From an uncultured Verrucomicrobiae bacterium (GTDB lineage: Bacteria; Verrucomicrobiota; Verrucomicrobiia; Chthoniobacterales; JAFAMB01): 64,000 bases of DNA. Position 1 is the first letter of the stretch. Each line of letters starts with the position of its first letter. Of the stretch, positions 56,744 to 64,000 are shown one piece after another. Below the pieces are notes generated by a model that worked only from the letters and a program-made list of their open reading frames with translations, did not search any database and was not told the origin of the DNA. The stretch spans positions 128,001 to 192,000 of the forward strand of contig CAWIPH010000002.1 in assembly GCA_963837955.1 (NCBI GenBank), read 5' to 3'. The position numbers were made by a program, and so were the translations under genes.

Positions 56744-56911
56744 AGCTTTGCGTCCGCTTAGGGCGTGATAAGTAGCAGGGTCGCTAGCTCACAGAAGTTC
56801 TTGCTCGGAGCAGATAGCAGTCTAGTTCAACCGGCTACAACCAACAATGACGTGAATCAAGGAAGTCAGGATTAACAACAAATTACCGATGACTAGGGGC
56901 TTCTAAGAGAT

Positions 56912-56943
56912 GGCACTCGGCATGCGTTAGCAAGCCGAGTGCC
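56912..56943 (-). terminator. Stem-loop downstream of the beta-propeller gene
   Basis: GGCACTCGGC / GCCGAGTGCC, a perfect 10-bp stem about 40 nt after the stop; no strong U-tract. Confidence 0.5.
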
Positions 56944-56982
56944 CGCGATTCCTAGAGGCTCACCACAAAATCGCCTAAGGCA

Positions 56983-59625
56983 CTAAAAGCCGACGATTGA
57001 CGCCTGCCATATCCCAAGCCCGTGCGTCGCTGCTCGTAAGATGCGAGTCGGGCTTTGCAGCTTGAGGTCGAACACCTCAACCTTGGGGAAGCCAGTTCCG
57101 AATTTATGCCAGTGCGCTCCTCCGTCGGTCGAAGCGTAGATCCCGAGATCGGTGCCAGCAAAAAGGTGCAGGGTATTTTGAGGATCAATAACCAAGCCAT
57201 TGACTGACACGTCAGGAAGGCCGTGGCCGGCACGTTTCCAGGTAGGTTGCGTATTTGAGGTAAGTGCGGATACCAGGTTGTTCGTTACCCAGACCTGTTC
57301 ACCTTTAGCTAACCCATATCCGTTGAATGCCACATACACGACATTCTGGTTGGTAGGATCGAGAACGATTCGCGTAATATACCCAGGAGGAAGCTGCCCG
57401 GTGATTTCGACGAGGGCCGAGGAGGCCGTTACGGTCGCGAAAACATTTCCGGTATCGAGTCCGACCACACGAATAGTGTCATTTAACGGGGATATGCCGA
57501 TCGCGCTGATAGGAACGCGGACACCTTGGATTTGCAGGATCGGCGCCTGGCTCACGGCAACCATCGTATTACCGCGGTCTGCCGAACGATAGAGCGTGTC
57601 AGTCCCAAAATAGACTGTATTTGGGCTACCGGGACCCAACGCTATCGGCGCGTAGAAATTGACGCTATCCGTAATCGGGATCCCATTGAATTTGTCAGTG
57701 GTCCCGTCGCAATGAACCGTAGGATCTACGCTACCGCCGTAGATGCCCAAAAGCGACCATTGTCCCTCCTGAGCGCAGGAGGTTTTGAGAACACGACCAA
57801 AGCCGATTAAGTCGTTCGTGATATTAAAATAGGTGTGATACATCGTGACGTTTTCGGTATCCGTCGCGCTTTGATCGATGAGCGCATAGCCGCCATCGCC
57901 GAAATCCGCTCTGAAAAACGTGCCGTCCGGGTTTCGGAGAATCGTGCCGTTATCCTGCGTTCCGCCGATGGTGAAGTCGGCATCACTTGGGTGAACAGCC
58001 AGGCTTTCAAACTGAGTCGCTTGAAATCCTGGTGTATTGATGTCCCGCCACGTTTGACCATTGTCCGTTGAAGCCCAAACGCCACCGTCGTTACCCGTGT
58101 AGACCACGTTTGTGGCAGAAGGCGCTATGGCGATAGCGTGACTGTCGGCGTGCAACCCGCTCACGCTTGGCGTGAAGGTCACCCCTCCATTAGTCGAGTA
58201 TTGAAAGATGCCACCGCCCTTCGGAGGTCCGTGGCCGCTTGCAGTCGGGTCCGAAGGGGTCGGGTTGGGAATAGCTTGTCCATCGATGTACATGTAGCCA
58301 TGACCGGGCGGCCCATCGGGATCGACACCGGTCGAACTCACGGTACCGGCCAGATAAACGTTTTGCGGATTCGTTTGATCAATCGCGATGGCGATGTTGT
58401 AAAAGCCTTGGCCCCCAGCGAACCCATTGCCAGCCGGTAAGACCGTGGGGAACGTGGCTCCGCCGTCGGTTGATTTACGTAAAAGGCCCTGATCTAGTTG
58501 CCCCGAGGCGTACTCGTCCGTCGCGGCGATTACGATCAGAGTCCCGGTACCTGGATCCAGGGCACCAGCCAGCTTCACATTGGTGAGGGTTGGCAAATTC
58601 CCATCCGCTGTGCCGGTAACCGTAGCTCGAGTAAAGACAGGCTTAGGCGCCAGCGCGTTGTTGCTGTAGTAAAGGCCGCCTTGGGGATCGAGGTCACCGC
58701 CTGATCCGGTCACTTGACCAAAAACGCTGCAAACCAAATGTTTCGGATTGCTCGGATCTAAAATCGCACCGGTAACGATCGTGTTTGTGCCAGGGCCAAC
58801 TTTCAGTCTTTCAAACGTGTGGCTCCCGGTCAGAAAATTCGTCGAGCGATAAAGGCCGCGTGGAGGTAGAACTGCACCCACGTTTGCGCCCAATCCACCA
58901 ACACCGGACGAACTGGCGCAGAACACTATGTCGTCGTCTTTTGGATCTACCAGAATCTTGACGATGCTTCGATTCGTGAAGACGTCGTTCCCGAGGCCGT
59001 CCAGCTTGTAAGGCCCTTCCAATCGGGGGTGCGTCGAGTTCGCATTCACTACGACATAAACGCCGACACCGAAGTCGCTGTCGCCCGATAAATTGCCTTC
59101 TCCCGTTCCGATAAAGACCTTGGTGGGATCAACGGGATCTACCGTGATCGACCCAACCGCGAAGTTCTTGGCTCCGACGAAGAGAGATGTCCAAGTCTGA
59201 CCGCCGTCGAACGAACGATAAACACCGCCCTGTGCGCCACCAACGTAGACGATGTTCGGATTTGTAGGATCCACATCAATGGCAGAAACTCGCCCGCTCA
59301 CCGGCACCTCCGTGGGTCCATAAGTCTGGCCATTCGGAATGGGACTTGGACCTAGCGAAAACCACTGTGGGCCGGTTTCGAATAAGCGGGATGACAGATT
59401 CCTCCTCGCGAGCTCCCGGCAGCGCTGGGCGGGTATGGCCGGGTAGATTGTTTAGCGTTGGGGGTTTGGAGAACGGTTTTCTGTGGAGTCGCGCCGGATC
59501 GATGGCACCGGCCGGAAGAGCCAGCCAAAGGCTAGCGACGATGGTTACACTCCCAGAAGGGAGCCCGTAAATTCCGAGAGACTTCGGGAAAAGCGTCTCG
59601 GTGTCGAAGGTGTGGAATAATTCAT
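56983..59625 (-). CDS. Secreted BNR/Asp-box beta-propeller protein (sortilin/GH74-like fold); N-terminus disrupted by two apparent frameshifts
   Basis: Asp-boxes 'RSFDGGQTW', 'STDGGATF', 'STNGGVTF', 'STDNGQTW', 'STDGGAHW', and 'GGTQDNG', 'ATHGLGIW' in ORF 56983..59307. ATG 59625 is in the same frame, but a signal-peptide-like segment (TIVASLWLALPAGA) lies in a shifted frame. Confidence 0.8.
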
Positions 59626-59863
59626 AGACTAGACGGATCTGGACGAAGGCCAATCACGGTGCTCCGTTCCAGAAGTGGCAAATGTGGTATCAGGGTCCAA
59701 AGCCGGCTGTCTATCTAAACATTTATGGTAATTATAGTCGATATAGACAAGGCCTTTCTATCAAGTCACCGATTTCTTAGTTAGGTGTCCCGACCGAAGA
59801 GTCTAAGGATGGATCCACTGCCGGCCTTCGATCGAGGCTCTTGTGGGTGCGCCGATCGCCTGC

Positions 59864-60180
59864 GAGTCAAGATAAGAGGAAGGATATGCCCGAGGGGAGT
59901 GGGCCCGGCTTGTCCGCCGTAGCCCGGAGGTCGCGCGACGGCGAGGCGAAGGAGGAAGGGACTCAGTGAAAGTAGCCCAGCACGAAGTGCTGGGAAATAA
60001 TGCAAAAAGAGACGTCCGTCCCGCCAGAGGGACGATAGAAATGTTTTGGCTCCTGGACATCTCGTATGCCCTCACCCGCGTAAGCAGCCGTCGATCGTCC
60101 CATTCCTCCTTCGGCATCCTGACTATGGAGGACAGGCCGGGACGAGTCTTTGCGCAACCCTCTAAGCCCTATGTTGACGC
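59864..60180. mobile_element. Composite MITE-like element, second copy, internally deleted
   Basis: GAGTCAAGATAAG...CCTATGTTGACGC termini; the interior matches 16964..17331 but lacks one arm segment between two GTCCC motifs. Confidence 0.8.
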
Positions 60181-60230
60181 GCATGGGCGATCGCCAGACG
60201 GGCAATGCCCGAAGGAAATGTCAGCCGTCG

Positions 60231-60698
60231 CTACTGCGAAATATGGTCGCTCGGCTGGGCATCACGGCCGAGGTCATCACCCGGGCGCGGTTTTTTTGCA
60301 ATTGGCCGCAAGAACTGCCGGACCGCGTCCTTGTTCGTAATGACGTCCGTAACTTTTATAGATATCACATCGTCCTGCTTCTCGATCGTACCGATCACGA
60401 TCGCTTCCTGGCCGTTCTCCGGCATGACAATCTCGCTGCCCTGTCTGATCGTCGCTGTCAGGGAAAGCCCCGGCGGCTCCTGGACGCCACTTCCTGTTTT
60501 CAAGTCGATGATCGTGAATGTTTTCTGGTTTGGGGAGGGCTTACCGACGATGCCGTGCAGCGCTACCGTTCTTCCTTGATACAGATCGGGATTTGTAATG
60601 AGCGATTGAAAACCGGCAAGTTGAGGTTTTTCCTGAGCAAACAGTGAGCCTGCGACGACACCCGTGGCAGTGAGCAAGATCACTAGAAATCGGTTCAT
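60231..60698 (-). CDS. Exported hypothetical protein, probable OB-fold
   Basis: Signal peptide 'MNRFLVILL..SLFAQE'; 'NPDLYQGRTVALHGIV..GQEAIVIGTI'. Confidence 0.65.
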   Translation of the reverse strand: MNRFLVILLTATGVVAGSLFAQEKPQLAGFQSLITNPDLYQGRTVALHGIVGKPSPNQKTFTIIDLKTGSGVQEPPGLSLTATIRQGSEIVMPENGQEAIVIGTIEKQDDVISIKVTDVITNKDAVRQFLRPIAKKPRPGDDLGRDAQPSDHISQ

Positions 60699-60866
60699 GT
60701 CCTCGCTTCTAATAGACTGATGATCTTGGAATACACAAGGAAAGCTAGTCAATGGAGTGAGCCCTTCACCGGTGTTGAGTGCGGCTAGGTCAAGGTCCCG
60801 CTCACTCGCCGAATAGCAACCGTATTGTAAGGCTAAGTTGGAATAAAGGGTCGTGTCTATCTGCCG

Positions 60867-63308
60867 CTACTCTCTCAGAGCAGTGATCGGACTGATGCGG
60901 GTCGCGCGGAGCGCTGGGAGAAGACAAGCGAGCAATGCGGCCAGACCAAGTACCAACACGGCCAGTCCGAGCGCGACTGGATCGCTGCCTGATACTCCGT
61001 AAAGAATGCTCTCGATGAATCTGGTAAAGATCAGTGCTGCCGGGATGCCAACGACCAATCCGATACACACGAGCTTCAGCCCTTGTCGTGTAACCAATTT
61101 GAGAATGTTCGATGATTGCGCACCCAGAGCGATCCGAACTCCGAACTCTCGTTTCCGTTGGCTAACCGAATAGGCTAGCACACCGTATAAACCGATTGCC
61201 GACAGGAGCAGGGCAGCACCCGAAAACAAACCGACCAGAAGCACTCCAAGCCGTCGAGTCACAAACTTTTTGTCGATCAGGTCATCCAAAGTATCGGCCT
61301 TGGCGACAGGTACGTCCGGATCGATCGATGCCACCACTTTTCGGATGGCGGGCACTAAAGCGGCTGGATCACCGGTCGAGCGCAAAATCAAGATTTCAAA
61401 ATCAAAGTTGTATTGACTGCTCGGAAAATACGCGTGGAAAGCAGCCTGTTGATAGTCCGGGCTATTGTGGCGTATCTCTGGAACCACTCCAATGACGGTG
61501 CAAACATAAGGGATCCCCTCATCACGAACCCCGATCTGCTGGCCAAGCGGGTTCTGCCTTGGAAAAAAACTGTTGGCAAACGCTTCATCGATGATGACGA
61601 CACGCGGGCTATCAAGCTTGTCTTGCGCATCGAAATTGCGGCCTTGTAACAACGGAATTTGCAGCGTCTGAAAATAACTTGGAGAAATCGTATGCCAGGC
61701 CAGTTTCGGTTGATGCCCGGGACCAGGGTCGGGCTGGCCAACCACGCTGAAAGGGGTAGCAAATCCCCAGATCAAATCCCAGTAGAACGGCGGGTTGTCA
61801 TTCAGCGCCGTTTCCGTAACCCCAGGAAGCTGGCGCACCTTTTGCAACATTGCATCCCAGAAAACACCTGCTCGCACCCGGTCCGATCGGTACTTGGTAC
61901 TCGCCAGGTAGAGCTCGGCGGCAAGGATGTGATGAGGATTAAAACCAAGCGGGACGTTTTGGGCAGCCTGGAAGCTGCGCACCAGGAGTCCTGCTCCGAC
62001 CAGCAGCACGCAGGCTAACGCGACCTGTCCAATGATCAAGATGGATTGCGTGCGCTGCCTCTGTGGTCCAATGGTACCGGCACGGCCACCCTCATCTTTG
62101 AGCGCGGAAGCGACATTGGCTTTCGAAAGACTCCAGGCCGGCAGACAGCCCGAGAGTAGTGAGGTGACCGCGGTTACCCCGAAGGCAAACAACAGTGCTC
62201 TGGAGTCGAGGTGAACCCCTTGAAATCGATACTGCAAGCCGTACAGGTCTGGTGGAATAAGCGCTTTGACGGTTCCAATGGTCCAAAGAGCGACCAAGAG
62301 TCCGGCGATCCCACCGAGCAGCGCCAGGAATGTGGTTTCCAAAAGCAGCTGACCGATGAGGCGGAGACGACTCGCCCCGAGCGCGGCTCGAATGGTCATT
62401 TCCTTTCGGCGTTCCAAAGCCCGGGCAAACAACAAATTGGCAACGTTGGCGCAGGAAACTAACAAAAGACAACCCGAAGCGGCGCCAAGCAGCCAGATGG
62501 TTGGGGCGAAATCGTTTACTAAGTTATCAAGCGGGGTAACGACTCGGATGCCGTAGCCCTTATCCGTATCGGGGTATCGAGCACTCAAGTTGTCATGAAT
62601 GATGTCCAACTCTGTTTGGGCTTGAGCGAGGCTGACTCCATCCTTCAATCGGCCAAGACCAGTCGCGATGTGTTGGTCTCGCTGCATCAGGTTGGAACCG
62701 AAAAGTGGAAGCGCATTAACCGGCACATACACGTCACAGGGAGTCCAATAATCGACTTGGGCCGGTACAACGCCGATCACCTGAAACGTGTGATCACTCA
62801 ACGTGAGATTCTGGCCGACGATATTCGGATCGGAATTGAAGCGGGTTCTCCAGAATGCTTCATTTAAAACCACTACCAACGGGCCGCCCGGCACATCCTC
62901 ATTTTCAGTAAATGGTCGACCGAGAATGGAGGGAATTCCGCTTACTTTGAACATGCTAGGAGAAACAAAATCGACATGGAGTCGTTCAGCTTCTCCCTTA
63001 CCAATGAGGTCGAGAGTACCGCTGCACACAATAGCGAGACTGTCGAAGCTATGCTGAGCCGCAGAGATATCCAGGTAGTCAGGATAATCGAGCCCGCTTT
63101 CCCGACCTTGAGCAGTCAGGTACATCTGTATTAACCGGTCTGGCTTTGGGTAGGAAAACGGCCTCAGGAGGACGGCATCAATCACGCTGAAAATTGCGGC
63201 ATTCAGACCGATCCCGAACCCAAGGATCAGCACAGCCGTGATTGTAAATCCGGGCGACTTGAGAAGTAACCACACTGTATGCCGCATGGATTTTAGGAAA
63301 TCGTTCAT
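60867..63308 (-). CDS. ADOP-family duplicated MacB/FtsX-like ABC permease
   Basis: 'LKSPGFTITAVLILGFGIGLNAAIFSV', 'CANVANLLFAR..EMTIRAALGA', 'GLYGVLAYSVSQR..GVRIALGA', 'PITALRE'. Confidence 0.93.
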   Translation of the reverse strand: MNDFLKSMRHTVWLLLKSPGFTITAVLILGFGIGLNAAIFSVIDAVLLRPFSYPKPDRLIQMYLTAQGRESGLDYPDYLDISAAQHSFDSLAIVCSGTLDLIGKGEAERLHVDFVSPSMFKVSGIPSILGRPFTENEDVPGGPLVVVLNEAFWRTRFNSDPNIVGQNLTLSDHTFQVIGVVPAQVDYWTPCDVYVPVNALPLFGSNLMQRDQHIATGLGRLKDGVSLAQAQTELDIIHDNLSARYPDTDKGYGIRVVTPLDNLVNDFAPTIWLLGAASGCLLLVSCANVANLLFARALERRKEMTIRAALGASRLRLIGQLLLETTFLALLGGIAGLLVALWTIGTVKALIPPDLYGLQYRFQGVHLDSRALLFAFGVTAVTSLLSGCLPAWSLSKANVASALKDEGGRAGTIGPQRQRTQSILIIGQVALACVLLVGAGLLVRSFQAAQNVPLGFNPHHILAAELYLASTKYRSDRVRAGVFWDAMLQKVRQLPGVTETALNDNPPFYWDLIWGFATPFSVVGQPDPGPGHQPKLAWHTISPSYFQTLQIPLLQGRNFDAQDKLDSPRVVIIDEAFANSFFPRQNPLGQQIGVRDEGIPYVCTVIGVVPEIRHNSPDYQQAAFHAYFPSSQYNFDFEILILRSTGDPAALVPAIRKVVASIDPDVPVAKADTLDDLIDKKFVTRRLGVLLVGLFSGAALLLSAIGLYGVLAYSVSQRKREFGVRIALGAQSSNILKLVTRQGLKLVCIGLVVGIPAALIFTRFIESILYGVSGSDPVALGLAVLVLGLAALLACLLPALRATRISPITALRE

Positions 63309-63331
63309 CTGTTCTGGGAGTGATCCATTAG

Positions 63332-64000
63332 CTACTCTCTAAGGGCAGTGATCGGATTGATTCGGGTTGCCCGTGGCGCTGGTAAAAAACAAGCGAAGAA
63401 TGCGGCTAGACCAAGAACGACCGCAGCCGTCAGAAGTGTGATCGGATCGTTGGCCGATACCCCATAATAGCATACTTTCGATTAGACGCGTTAAAGCGAG
63501 CGCACTGACAATTCCGACGACCAACCCGATGCCGACTAGCTTAAGTCCTTGCCGGAATACCAATTCGAGAACGTTGGATGATTGTGCACCCAGTGCGACC
63601 CGAATGCCGATGTCACGTGTCCGTTGGCTGACAGAATAGGCCAGAACACCGTACAAACCAATCGCCGATAGGAATAGCCCAATGCCGGAAAAGATGCTTA
63701 CCAAAAGCACTGCCAGTCGCCGGGTCACAAATTTCTGGGCGATAAGGTCTTCGAAAGTGGTCAATTTAATGACAGGTATGTCTGGATCGATCGAGGCCAC
63801 CGCTTTTCGGATGGCGGGTATAAAGGTCAGTGGATCGCCTGCCGTACGCACGACTAAGACCTCAAAACCGACAAATCGTTGAGCGTACGGAAAGTAACCT
63901 TGAAACGGAGCCTGTTGATGATCCGGGGAGTTGTGCCGCACGTTTTCGGCGACACCGACAATCGTGCACGTTTTTTTGCCGTTCCATTGGCTTAGGTGAT
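63332..64000 (-). CDS. Second ADOP-family permease, C-terminal part only; frameshift near 63465
   Basis: 'GLYGVLAYSVSQRTRDIGIRVALGA'; after a frameshift it reads YGVSANDPITL..RATRINPITALRE* ending at 63332. Confidence 0.88.

Noticed and set aside
56911..56944. CIRCE (HrcA) operator
   Set aside because: The GCACTC..GAGTGC arms are separated by 18 nt rather than 9 and do not precede a chaperone gene; treated as a hairpin.
59781..60647. Several overlapping short ORFs
   Set aside because: They translate MITE sequence or are antisense shadows of the 60231..60698 gene.

Overview
A gene-dense bacterial window of moderately high GC. Gene content (ECF sigma + Ser/Thr kinase pair, DUF1573, ADOP permeases, alpha-2-macroglobulin) suggests a soil PVC-superphylum organism, probably Verrucomicrobiota; this is inference. 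In order it holds: a frameshifted alpha-2-macroglobulin; a divergent ECF sigma / transmembrane Ser/Thr kinase (2x PEGA + FGE-type domains) pair; a decayed IS1182-family element; an Lhr helicase; a FUSC protein; a 16-kb LacI-controlled sugar/sugar-acid catabolic operon (afr-like reductase, CoA-transferase, fused gluconate-2-dehydrogenase-like flavoprotein, enoyl-CoA hydratase, sorbosone-dehydrogenase-like ALDH, GH88, ABC transporter, GMC oxidoreductase, PfkB kinase); a Liv-type ABC transporter; an alpha-galactoside locus with two divergent ABC systems; a DUF899-YciI-ECF42 operon; nagA; a beta-propeller protein; and two ADOP permeases. No rRNA, tRNA or CRISPR array was seen. The most striking non-coding signal is that many intergenic gaps hold palindromic REP/REPIN/MITE-like elements of at least six families, nested inside one another's hairpins. 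These include a 34-64 bp mini-element found 8 times inside other repeats' hairpins, an IS1182 in a REP hairpin loop, and two tandem amplifications. One amplification is a 5 x 108 bp array that copies the 3' end of the ECF42 sigma gene. Several single-base frameshifts in otherwise intact genes may be long-read indel errors rather than real pseudogenes. All family assignments come from motif recognition by eye, not from database searches.
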